Shown piece by piece: positions 24,756-32,463 of a stretch of DNA of 35,055 nt (its first letter is position 1; each line of letters opens with the position of its first letter). Position numbers and translations under genes: made by a program. Below the pieces are notes generated by a model, which ran no database searches, was not told the origin of the DNA, and saw nothing but the letters and a program-made list of their open reading frames with translations. The stretch covers positions 1-35,055 of IMG/VR virus record IMGVR_UViG_3300037458_000426. One strand, 5' to 3'. This DNA is from a virus (taxonomy: Duplodnaviria; Caudoviricetes).

Positions 24756-25155
24756 GGGCTTCCAGCTCCTCTGTTGAAAGGGCCGAGAAGTCCTGGGTGT
24801 CGTCCTGCTTCTGAGGCGCCTCCCCCTTCTCGACGTAACCGCGCTGCTTACCCTGGGTCTTCAGGTAAAAGATGATGGCGGTCATATTCCCGTCCTTTAC
24901 CTTCTTGATCAGTTGGCTCTCCGCGAGGTCCAGGGTCTCTTCGCGGGTCTGGATGATGAGCTCCTGAAGGGTCGGGTACCGCCTCACATACCCGTTCAGG
25001 GTCGAGCGGGAACAGTTCAGGATCCGGGCGGCGTCGGCTTGAACGCCGCCAGCCGCCGAAAGGGCCTCTGCAACCTGATCCACGGTAAAACTCTCGCGGA
25101 CGTCGGTCCTAGACCCCTTCAAATCGTTCTTCCAGTTCACTGTATTCTTGGCCAT
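24697..25155 (-). CDS. terS: Terminase small subunit
   Basis: N-terminal HTH (AARILNCSRSTL), D.AE..L...AIIFYLKTQGK.RGY motif; upstream of terL. Confidence 0.85.
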   Translation of the reverse strand: MAKNTVNWKNDLKGSRTDVRESFTVDQVAEALSAAGGVQADAARILNCSRSTLNGYVRRYPTLQELIIQTREETLDLAESQLIKKVKDGNMTAIIFYLKTQGKQRGYVEKGEAPQKQDDTQDFSALSTEELEALGRELNSSLDPSKPSRLDS

Positions 25156-25163
25156 GGTTGCAC

Positions 25164-25192
25164 ATTATACCCTCCGTGAACAGAAAAAGCAA
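25164..25192 (-). promoter_or_regulatory. Sigma70-like promoter of the packaging operon
   Basis: TTGCTT - 17 bp - TATAAT, 8 nt upstream of the terS ATG. Confidence 0.7.
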
Positions 25193-25203
25193 GAAAATTA
25201 CTC

Positions 25204-25230
25204 TTGACACGTCCTAACCGTGTCTAAAGT
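25204..25230 (+). promoter_or_regulatory. Divergent promoter candidate overlapped by an inverted repeat
   Basis: TTGACA at 25204 with TAAAGT 15 bp later (non-optimal spacing); GACACG-N7-CGTGTC palindrome at 25206-25224. Confidence 0.4.
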
Positions 25231-25303
25231 TACAAAATAGGGGGTCCCCCATTTACTATCGGCAGAAATCCTGTATTCACAGGATGCAAGCAGAGAGGGA
25301 CCC

Positions 25304-25513
25304 ATGGAACTGGAAATCGAATACGAGCCTACCCCGGCCTTTAAGGAAGCCTACAACAAGCTGATTGAGGCCATTGAGAACCTGGAAAGGGTCCAAGGGG
25401 GTGAAATAGCAGCCATAACCAAGACCGAGATGGGCTGGGTTATTACCGCGGGTTTCTCCGCGGAGGGGTTCAATGCGTTCGGGTACACCAGCGGGCTTAA
25501 GCCGAGGAATTAG
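25304..25513 (+). CDS. Hypothetical protein
   Basis: GAGGG RBS; first gene of a tightly packed plus-strand operon. Confidence 0.65.
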   Translation: MELEIEYEPTPAFKEAYNKLIEAIENLERVQGGEIAAITKTEMGWVITAGFSAEGFNAFGYTSGLKPRN

Positions 25514-25514
25514 C

Positions 25515-25781
25515 ATGCAATTTGACGAATACTACCTCGAAATCGGGGACTTTTTCGCCAAGTGGTTCCCGGACGGGATCACTCAGACGGCCGCCGAGGC
25601 CGCCGCAAGGGCTCTGGAGCGGGAATTGGAGCCCCTGAGGGTGAACTTTGAGGTCAAAGCCGGAGCCCCGACAGAATTTAGGATGGCCATCCATAAGGAT
25701 GATCAGCTGAAGCTGCTGACGTGGGTCCGGGAACAGAAGATGGCGGTCACAGAGCTACCAAAGGTACGGGGGTTCGCATGA
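25515..25781 (+). CDS. Hypothetical protein
   Basis: GAGGA RBS before ATG 25515. Confidence 0.65.
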   Translation: MQFDEYYLEIGDFFAKWFPDGITQTAAEAAARALERELEPLRVNFEVKAGAPTEFRMAIHKDDQLKLLTWVREQKMAVTELPKVRGFA

Positions 25782-26245
25782 GCGAGCGGTTCATGGCGAA
25801 GGTGTCGCCAGAGCCGATCTCCGGGTGCTGGCTTTGGACAGCGCACTGCAACCGGGGTGGATATGGCGTCCACTCTGTCGGGAAGAAGCTCATTCTTGCC
25901 CACAGGTTCTCCTGGGAGATGAGGCACGGCCCAATCGAGGAAGGAAAGTACGTGCTTCATTTCTGCGACCAACCTTCTTGCGTGAACCCGGACCATCTCT
26001 GGCTTGGCACTAAGGCTGAAAACAACCGAGACAGGGCCATAAAGGGCCGGTCTAGCCGCGGGGCGCACAGGAACACCTCAAAGCTCTCCGAGACCCAGGC
26101 GCTGGAGATCAGAAGGCGGGCTCTGGCTGGTGAAACATTGGCCAGTCTTGGGAGGGAGTTCGGGGTCACCTGGCAAACGGTTCAGGGCATCAGAAACGGC
26201 AAATACTGGCACTGGTTGCCAGACATTGAGAGGGGAGCAGCATGA
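25778..26245 (+). CDS. HNH endonuclease with C-terminal HTH
   Basis: CWLW...GYG...AHRFSW...GPI...VLHFCDQPSCVNPDHL.LGT..EN..D...KGR; SKL...L.REFGV...V..I..G..W; ATGA-coupled start. Confidence 0.9.
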   Translation: MSERFMAKVSPEPISGCWLWTAHCNRGGYGVHSVGKKLILAHRFSWEMRHGPIEEGKYVLHFCDQPSCVNPDHLWLGTKAENNRDRAIKGRSSRGAHRNTSKLSETQALEIRRRALAGETLASLGREFGVTWQTVQGIRNGKYWHWLPDIERGAA

Positions 26246-26658
26246 CACATCTGGTCCACGAACACTTCTTTGGCCGGTTTGAGGTCAAGAAGCCGCCAAA
26301 GCATCGCGACGGGTCGGCGCTGGCATTGTGGATTACGCGCCTGATCGACCACATTGGCATGGAGCGGCTGAACGGCCCGCACCTGTCCTACGTCTCAGAC
26401 CCTGGAAACGTGGGCTGGACGGCTGTCTGCATCATCAAGACCAGCCACATGGCGATCCACGTCTGGGAAGAAATCGGGGTTATTCAGGTCGATTGCTACT
26501 CATGCTCGACGCTGGACCCGGAGAGGGTCATTGAGATGATGGCTGAGTTCGAGCCCACAGAGTGGGAGTGGTACTTCTACGACCGGGACAAGCCTATGCG
26601 CCTGCTTAGGACAGGCGGTGGTGAAAAACCGGCCTCGGTAAAGTGGGGTGGTGCATGA
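26242..26658 (+). CDS. speD: S-adenosylmethionine decarboxylase-like pyruvoyl proenzyme
   Basis: G.TA...I.TSH.AIH.W.E...Q.D.YSC motif with processing Ser-His and conserved Cys. Confidence 0.82.
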   Translation: MTHLVHEHFFGRFEVKKPPKHRDGSALALWITRLIDHIGMERLNGPHLSYVSDPGNVGWTAVCIIKTSHMAIHVWEEIGVIQVDCYSCSTLDPERVIEMMAEFEPTEWEWYFYDRDKPMRLLRTGGGEKPASVKWGGA

Positions 26659-26921
26659 CTACCTCCTCCTCTTCTAACGGCAAAAAACCCAACCCCCTGT
26701 CCCCAGCTTCACTGTCCCCAGAGGACCTCACGGACCTTCTCGAGATGATGTCAGCTCGGAGGGCGGCGCTGAACGCCGCCCAAACCCTCTTGGATGACAC
26801 CTATCCGGGTCTGAAGGCGGAGTATTCCATGACGGGTTTTCAGATTTCCGGACCGATGACCCAGCTCAACCGCCTGAAAGAGGACTTCGAGGCCTTCCAA
26901 GAGAAGAAGGAGAGCAAATGA
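26655..26921 (+). CDS. Hypothetical protein
   Basis: ATGA-coupled start at 26655. Confidence 0.6.
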   Translation: MTTSSSSNGKKPNPLSPASLSPEDLTDLLEMMSARRAALNAAQTLLDDTYPGLKAEYSMTGFQISGPMTQLNRLKEDFEAFQEKKESK

Positions 26922-27058
26922 AGCTCTACTCCACAGGGCTTTGGCTCATTGCCTGGTTTCTCTTCGTCGCGTGGCTGGTTGCAGGCGACCAGTGCGCAAA
27001 AAAGGACGGCAAGCTGGCTGGGTTCACCTGCATCAAGAAGGAGGTCGTTCTCAAATGA
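26918..27058 (+). CDS. Small membrane protein (46 aa)
   Basis: Not in track. AAGGAG RBS; MKLYSTGLWLIAWFLFVAWLVAGDQCAKKDGKLAGFTCIKKEVVLK; ATGA overlaps at both ends. Confidence 0.7.
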   Translation: MKLYSTGLWLIAWFLFVAWLVAGDQCAKKDGKLAGFTCIKKEVVLK

Positions 27059-27237
27059 AGCGCTACTTGATGGGCATGGACGCCAAGTATGGCCCCATGG
27101 AAGCGGTGATCACCGAAGACAAAGAGATCAGGATCGAAACAGGCGGGGTGGCTATCACCATGACCTTGGATGAGTTCTGGATCGTTCAGAGGTGGGTTGG
27201 GGCCATCGAGCACAAGCTGAACGAGTGGAACTCATGA
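27055..27237 (+). CDS. Hypothetical protein
   Basis: AGGAGG RBS; ATGA coupling. Confidence 0.65.
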   Translation: MKRYLMGMDAKYGPMEAVITEDKEIRIETGGVAITMTLDEFWIVQRWVGAIEHKLNEWNS

Positions 27238-27452
27238 TCGACATCATCGCAAAGGCCCTCCATGCTGCGGACGGGAAGGAGATTGCCGAGGTTTTTGGGG
27301 AGGACCCGGAAACCTGGGAGACCTCAGAACATAAGCACGTCTACCGGATGCAGGCCCACTACGTGCTGGATGCCCTCCGGGAGGCCGGGTACGTGGTGTT
27401 TTACCGCCCTGAGTACATTTTGGACCCGAACCCGCCGAAGGAGGGCGCATGA
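27234..27452 (+). CDS. Hypothetical protein
   Basis: ATGA coupling; W.......YR.QA..VL.AL..AGY phage-type motif. Confidence 0.65.
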   Translation: MIDIIAKALHAADGKEIAEVFGEDPETWETSEHKHVYRMQAHYVLDALREAGYVVFYRPEYILDPNPPKEGA

Positions 27453-27634
27453 TCAATAAGCAAACCACATATTACACCCAGTTCCGTGACACCTATGGGC
27501 ATGTGATCTATGTCGAGGGCGCCGAGGGTGGCGCCTCGATCACTTGTGACGGCAAGAACCTCAGGCTCCACTGGGGTGACTGGGACGAGCTTTATCGGAT
27601 CCTCAACGAGATTAAAGCGGAGTTGGGGAAGTGA
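27449..27634 (+). CDS. Hypothetical protein
   Basis: AGGAGG RBS; ATGA coupling. Confidence 0.65.
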   Translation: MINKQTTYYTQFRDTYGHVIYVEGAEGGASITCDGKNLRLHWGDWDELYRILNEIKAELGK

Positions 27635-28278
27635 GCGCGTACACCGTCCTTCTCCTCTGTCGGGTCCGCGGATCCAACTACTACATCGTCTTCCCGAGCT
27701 ACGGGAAGGTGTCAGACGAGCATCACGACTACTTCGTGAACGAGCACACCTGCCCGGCAAACCTCATCCGACACCCCTGCCTCTACATCGGGGAGGACAA
27801 AATCAACGATGACCCCCATGGGATGCTCGAATTCGTGGATGTGGCCGAAATCCCGGAGGATTTCGACCTCACATTTGGCCTCCCACAGAGAGGGCAGGGC
27901 ATAGACGCCGATGACGAGGACTGGACCAAGATCTTTCCCTGCATCTCAGAGCTCAAAAAGAGCGCTGAAGTCCGCAAAAGGGAGGCTGACGAGGCCTTGA
28001 GCCAGCAAATCGACATCGCCTTCAAGCGTGACGAGGAGGAGATAAAGGCGGTGGCCCGGAAGGCCATCGCCACCATCTGCGAGAAGTCAGGGATGGAGCT
28101 CTACGACAGCGTTTGTGGGCCAATGATCCGGGTAAAAGACCCGAACAGGGACCCCCTCACCAAGGCCGAGGCTATCCTTCAAGACCTAGCTGACTGCGCT
28201 GGGTCCTGTCAGCATGAGCCCTGCATCTGCAAGGAGGTGTGGGAGGCCATTAACCTGATCCGAGAGGCCAGGAAATGA
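27631..28278 (+). CDS. Hypothetical protein (215 aa)
   Basis: GTGA coupling; EHTCP.N motif; Cys cluster near the C-terminus. Confidence 0.65.
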   Translation: MSAYTVLLLCRVRGSNYYIVFPSYGKVSDEHHDYFVNEHTCPANLIRHPCLYIGEDKINDDPHGMLEFVDVAEIPEDFDLTFGLPQRGQGIDADDEDWTKIFPCISELKKSAEVRKREADEALSQQIDIAFKRDEEEIKAVARKAIATICEKSGMELYDSVCGPMIRVKDPNRDPLTKAEAILQDLADCAGSCQHEPCICKEVWEAINLIREARK

Positions 28279-28496
28279 CCCGTGAAGAAGCTATCGAGCG
28301 CTTCAACGCCAAGATGCCGAAGTCTGGGGCGTGCGTGGATGTCGCCGTTTACACGCGCTGGGCTGTGCAGGCCATGGTTGAGGTGATGGCAGAGGCTATC
28401 GCTGAGAAGACAGAGCCCAAGGGTAAAACCTCATCCGAGATGACCCCGGAAGAGTGGGATGAATGGTGGAAGAAAAGCGGGGAGCTGTTCCTGTGA
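28275..28496 (+). CDS. Hypothetical protein
   Basis: ATGA coupling. Confidence 0.6.
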   Translation: MTREEAIERFNAKMPKSGACVDVAVYTRWAVQAMVEVMAEAIAEKTEPKGKTSSEMTPEEWDEWWKKSGELFL

Positions 28497-28540
28497 CCGA
28501 CCAGATCCTGAAGTTTTGCTTCCCACCGGAGGAGAGACCC

Positions 28541-28819
28541 ATGAGCATACCCACCGTCGCCGTCTACAACCATGAAAACGAGCTCCTGCACGAGCAGGGC
28601 GTGGTTTTCGGACCCGGAGAACACACCGACACCCACTGGGTCTGGGAGAACAAGCACGGGTTTGAGTTCAAAGCCCAGTCACAGCCTGCTTACGGGTACA
28701 TCAAGTTCGATGGTGTTCCACTTCTGAAGGTGGAACTCACCCTAGACGGTGAGTTCAACCCCGAACAATACGTCCACTTCGCCAAGGGAGCTATCACAGC
28801 TGAGGAGCTGAAGGTTTGA
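28541..28819 (+). CDS. Hypothetical protein
   Basis: GGAGGAG RBS before ATG 28541. Confidence 0.65.
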   Translation: MSIPTVAVYNHENELLHEQGVVFGPGEHTDTHWVWENKHGFEFKAQSQPAYGYIKFDGVPLLKVELTLDGEFNPEQYVHFAKGAITAEELKV

Positions 28820-29046
28820 TTAAGGGGACCTACAAGGCCGAGAACCCGGACGACATCGAGTTCACCCTCACCATGACCATGACCATGAGTGAATGGAAGC
28901 ACCTCCGCAACCAACTTGATGATACCTGGCCCGGACATCGGGTCCGGGCCATGATCCTCAACATGATTTGGGATGCTGAGAAGGTTTTCACCGCCACAGC
29001 TGATGCTGAAACCCGAAAGAGGGATCCTCACAGTCATGAGGATTAG
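28816..29046 (+). CDS. Hypothetical protein
   Basis: GAGGAG RBS; TTGA overlap with the upstream stop. Confidence 0.6.
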   Translation: MIKGTYKAENPDDIEFTLTMTMTMSEWKHLRNQLDDTWPGHRVRAMILNMIWDAEKVFTATADAETRKRDPHSHED

Positions 29047-29090
29047 GGCTGGTTTTGTGGTTGGTGACAGCGAAATCCTTACGATCTTGG

Positions 29091-29237
29091 TTACTGGCTC
29101 AGCATCTTCTGATCCCACCACTCCCTAGCGGTCTCACAGTAGCCGTCCTTGTTTTGCGGGCAGTCGCCAGGTCTGCCGACCTTGGCTTCTGCCGGTGCTG
29201 CAATCACGAGTGCCAGTAGTGCAAGTGCAAGTTTCAT
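29091..29237 (-). CDS. Small secreted peptide (48 aa)
   Basis: Not in track. GGAGGAGG RBS; MKLALALLALVIAAPAEA/KVGRPGDCPQNKDGYCETAREWWDQKMLSQ with an AxA signal-peptidase site. Confidence 0.75.
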   Translation of the reverse strand: MKLALALLALVIAAPAEAKVGRPGDCPQNKDGYCETAREWWDQKMLSQ

Positions 29238-29381
29238 GGGTTACCTCCTCCCATGTACATGGTGATGGGGAACCGGACCCTCAAATTGATATACCGGGTG
29301 TATTTGATAGGATGTACCGATGAAGACTGTCGGATACGTGAGCCTCATATCCTACGATTTGTATCAGTGGGCCAAGAAGTA

Positions 29382-29606
29382 ATGGTTTGGATCATAGCCA
29401 AGGCAGACGAGGTTGGGTTTGTGTATGCCTTTAAGGGGGACCCAACCCCAAAAAAAGCCTACGCCCTATGGAAGAGCGGGGCCGCCTACTGCGGCCACCG
29501 CCTCCGCTTCATAAAACTGGTCAGAACTATGGAAGAGGCCTATGATTGGTGCGTTAAAAACAAAACCCACGTCTGCTTTGAAGACACATCAGGCTTCAAT
29601 GCATAA
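29382..29606 (+). CDS. Hypothetical protein
   Basis: Probable start ATG 29382; overlaps the start of the next gene. Confidence 0.5.
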   Translation: MVWIIAKADEVGFVYAFKGDPTPKKAYALWKSGAAYCGHRLRFIKLVRTMEEAYDWCVKNKTHVCFEDTSGFNA

Positions 29607-29928
29607 GCGCATTACATGGACAGAAGAGGCTGAAACCCTACTCGAAGCCCTCATACGCAGGGAAGGGGATGCCCCGTCACAGTCAGAAATGCTCAGAAGG
29701 CTCGTTTACCGGGCTTCAGACCTCCCAGACCCACCCAGACCCCTCCAGGGCAACCCAAAACTTCGTAAAAACAAGCCCGAAATCTCCCAACTAGGCCTCC
29801 GGGCGGGGACCCAGTCCATAATTTTAGGGATGGGGGTGTCAACCGTAGACCAACTCCGCCAGTTAGACCTAAAAACCCTGCCCAGTGCAGCACGCCGAGA
29901 GGTGGAGCGGGTTCTCTCCGAGCTCTAG
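29599..29928 (+). CDS. Putative DNA-binding regulator: RHH-like N-terminus plus alphaCTD-like C-terminus
   Basis: KRITWTEEA..LLE.L......SQSEMLRRLV (CopG/Arc pattern); Pro-rich linker; ISQLGL...MGVSTVDQL...EV..VL. Confidence 0.55.
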   Translation: MHKRITWTEEAETLLEALIRREGDAPSQSEMLRRLVYRASDLPDPPRPLQGNPKLRKNKPEISQLGLRAGTQSIILGMGVSTVDQLRQLDLKTLPSAARREVERVLSEL

Positions 29929-29948
29929 GGAGCCTCTCCGAGCTCTAG
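29914..29948 (+). repeat. 15-bp direct repeat with 20-bp period, decaying downstream
   Basis: CTCTCCGAGCTCTAG at 29914 and 29934; degenerate third unit follows. Confidence 0.85.
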
Positions 29949-29997
29949 CGAGGTTGTCGGAGCTGTAAGTAGGTTGCATGAGCATGTTATCTTAATA

Positions 29998-30451
29998 GAT
30001 CTCTGTTAGGTTGGTGGCTCTGATGGGGTTCACGCCCCATTTCCGTGAACGGATAATGCGTCATCATACAATCCGACATCAGATCGTCAGAACAAATCAT
30101 AAGTTATAAAGGTCAGAGCACTGATGATTGTCCATCAGTACACGTCACAATCCAGACAATGGACGATGATCAGTATAGATCAGATTGGTTCGGATCATCA
30201 GGGATCAGAGGATCAGAGATCATAACCAGGACGTGAACGGATCATCAGTGGGGTCCGGGTTTACACTGATAGTCGGCACACGGTAGAGCCGTGAGGGTAG
30301 ACAGATCATCAGATCACATCCGATCTGTAAGGATCAATCAATCATCAGTATAATGAACAGTGTACGGAGCAGATGATGGTCCTGGTACTGAACAGTACAC
30401 AGAGCAATGGATCGTCAGTGTAATGAACAGTGTAAGGATGACTGATCGATC
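29998..30451. repeat. GATC/ATCAG-rich non-coding repeat tract
   Basis: 16 GATC counted; GATC[AG]TCAG recurs five times; 28-bp direct repeat 30341-30368 / 30411-30438 (25/28 identical). Confidence 0.85.
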
Positions 30452-30549
30452 CGTGTACGTGGGAAGCCAACAGACAATCAGTAGACGGTGGTGCGGGGTG
30501 CCGCGCACATATAGAGAGAGGGTGCTAGGTACCGGGACGGCCCCGACGG

Positions 30550-30646
30550 GGTAACGCGATGGTAACAAATTATCACAAAGACGTGATGAGGCCAGGTAAC
30601 GCGGACATCACAGATTATCACAAAGACGTGATGAACCTGGTAACGC
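30550..30646 (+). repeat. ~45-bp tandem iteron-like repeat containing two ATCAC-N6-GTGAT palindromes
   Basis: ATTATCACAAAGACGTGATGA at 30569 and 30614; GGTAACGC at 30550, 30595 and 30639. Confidence 0.85.
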
Positions 30647-30808
30647 TTTCGTGATTGAGCGTGATCGTTTCGTGATTGGAAGTATGGCCATGGATGTGGG
30701 ATATTGAAATGGTCAGGCGGCGATGACGCCAAGCAACAAGCCTGACGGGGTGACAACCCGCACCGGACTGACTCAGCGTGTCATCCGATGTATGCAAACG
30801 GCTCCGGG

Positions 30809-30899
30809 ATCACAATGATGTGATCTAGACGGAGAGTACACGGGAAAGATAGCAAGGCTCCCATATCCGGCCTAAGACGGCCCATCACGGAAAGGTGAT
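30809..30899. promoter_or_regulatory. Two ATCAC-N6-GTGAT operator-like sites
   Basis: 30809-30824 ATCACAATGATGTGAT; 30884-30899 ATCACGGAAAGGTGAT. Confidence 0.65.
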
Positions 30900-30940
30900 G
30901 CAGCAAGGGAGGGACAAGAGCGCAGCGAGGCAATCCCGGA

Positions 30941-31029
30941 GCACATAGCGCGGTGAGGCTGACAACCATGGCCGCGCTAGTGGAGAGCCGCCCAGAAAGG
31001 ACGGCTCTCTATTAAAAGGATGTGCAAAC
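30941..31029 (+). promoter_or_regulatory. Structured leader (divergent two-hairpin element, copy E)
   Basis: TAGCGCGG/CCGCGCTA and GAGAGCCG/CGGCTCTC stems, closed by GCACAT/ATGTGC next to the AAGGA SD. Confidence 0.45.
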
Positions 31030-31326
31030 ATGAATGGAAAGCAACGCAAGGCCCGGTGCCTGGCAGAGATGGCAGACATTGAACGCCGTTTCACAGTGAC
31101 ACGGGAATTCCGGGACCATGCCAACCACTGGAGCGGACACGACGGCCGCACGCATAGAGAGGCGCGCGGTGAGGTGACGTTCAAGGGCGAGTGCCGGACA
31201 CGGGATCGCATGATTGCGGACCCGCACGGGAACGAGTTCCACGTCCGCAAGGGTGTGAGAGTAGAGAGACGGCCGACGCGGATCATACTCAAGCGTCCCG
31301 CGAGATGGTCTGTGAACGGGCTTTAA
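31030..31326 (+). CDS. Basic hypothetical protein
   Basis: AAGGA RBS; first gene after the non-coding repeat region. Confidence 0.6.
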   Translation: MNGKQRKARCLAEMADIERRFTVTREFRDHANHWSGHDGRTHREARGEVTFKGECRTRDRMIADPHGNEFHVRKGVRVERRPTRIILKRPARWSVNGL

Positions 31327-31574
31327 CGGCGCGGGGTAGAGGGTCGGCGAGCAACCGCCACCCAATCATTAATGAATTCAGCCGCACACGGACTAATTTT
31401 CCCGAGCGGCTGTTTCATTCCGCACACGTACTATTCCCCATTAGGTTCTATATAGGGACGCGGGCCTGTACGGGGTTCGCGAGATCACTGATGCAACCCA
31501 TAGCGCACTACGGCGCGCGCCTATTGACAGTATACGTTCTGTTAATGGCGCCCATCATACTATTCGCATAGCTG

Positions 31575-31649
31575 CACCGCTTGGCTGCCGGGTTCGCTCG
31601 GCAGCCATACCGTGCCGCTAGTGGCACGATGACAGGAAAGGTCATCACC
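31575..31649 (+). ncRNA. Structured cis-RNA leader, copy A
   Basis: P1 11 bp + UUCG loop, TAC linker, P2 CGTGCC/GGCACG, SD in the loop of a third stem. Confidence 0.7.
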
Positions 31650-31784
31650 ATGACAGTAGAGACTTGCACGGATTGCACGATCACCGTTCGGGAATTCCCG
31701 AATGAAAGCGCTGCACTGGCGTACGCCGTGGAACAATGGCGCGCGAACGGATGCGAGCGGTTCACAGTGTTCGTGGAGGACTAA
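31650..31784 (+). CDS. Hypothetical protein (44 aa)
   Basis: AGGAAAGG RBS before ATG 31650. Confidence 0.55.
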   Translation: MTVETCTDCTITVREFPNESAALAYAVEQWRANGCERFTVFVED

Positions 31785-31787
31785 CCC

Positions 31788-31943
31788 ATGCAGGTAGTTT
31801 ACCTTCACTTGCAGCTAGAAGGCGGGTTCGCCGATGACGGAGCAGCGCTCACGCTGCCAGCCGATCCCAGCGAAACGGATCAACTGCTACTGGACTTGCT
31901 AGGACCATATGACAGTGTGCTGATGGTTCCCGGCACGTTCTAA
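31788..31943 (+). CDS. Hypothetical acidic protein (51 aa)
   Basis: Not in track. GGAGGA RBS; MQVVYLHLQLEGGFADDGAALTLPADPSETDQLLLDLLGPYDSVLMVPGTF. Confidence 0.6.
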   Translation: MQVVYLHLQLEGGFADDGAALTLPADPSETDQLLLDLLGPYDSVLMVPGTF

Positions 31944-31976
31944 TTTTTCCCCGCTCTAGTTGTACGGGATACGCGA

Positions 31977-32050
31977 CACCGCTTGGCCGCTGGGGCAACT
32001 CAGCGGCCATACCGTGCAGCGTAGCACGATATCAACCGCAAGGTGTAAAC
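31977..32050 (+). ncRNA. Structured cis-RNA leader, copy B
   Basis: P1 11 bp + GCAA loop with two compensatory changes versus copy A, TAC linker, P2 CGTGC/GCACG. Confidence 0.7.
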
Positions 32051-32359
32051 ATGAATAAACGCAACCTGATGATGGTTGCGGCGGCAATGGCGTTCGCCAC
32101 ACCGCTGCAAGCCATGAACTACGAAGGCGCGCGCCTATCCGTCAACGTGGTTGACCTGCGCACACCGCAGAACGTCCCAGCATTCCCCGCTGACATAGTT
32201 GTATGTGAGGAGGGCGATGCACCGGGAGTGGATTGCAACTGCATCGACGGTGACGAGGACAGCTGCGCAACAGTTGCATGGACATCGTGCGACACAGACA
32301 CGGATTGCGAGATCCGTTCGCGTTCGCCGTACGGATGGCAGCCGTTCACGGAAAAGTGA
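32051..32359 (+). CDS. Secreted Cys-rich acidic protein
   Basis: Signal peptide MNKRNLMMVAAAMAFATPLQA; six Cys in an Asp-rich C-terminal half. Confidence 0.7.
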   Translation: MNKRNLMMVAAAMAFATPLQAMNYEGARLSVNVVDLRTPQNVPAFPADIVVCEEGDAPGVDCNCIDGDEDSCATVAWTSCDTDTDCEIRSRSPYGWQPFTEK

Positions 32360-32401
32360 TAGCGTTCACGGAACTGTGACCATAGATCACGAAAACGTGA
32401 T
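32345..32401. promoter_or_regulatory. Three tandem TCAC-N6-GTGA sites
   Basis: Half-sites at 32346, 32356, 32366, 32376, 32387, 32397 (10-11 bp phasing). Confidence 0.7.
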
Positions 32402-32463
32402 TTGAACTGTGGCCATAGTTATGACCATAATAGAGGTGCGATCAACAGAAAGGACCGCACATC

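Noticed and set aside
30550-30680. Possible mini-CRISPR array
   Set aside because: Only 2-3 units, variable parts about 11 bp, no cas genes; better explained as iterons/operators
30338-30969. Short ORFs in the repeat region
   Set aside because: No RBS; translations simply mirror the DNA repeats
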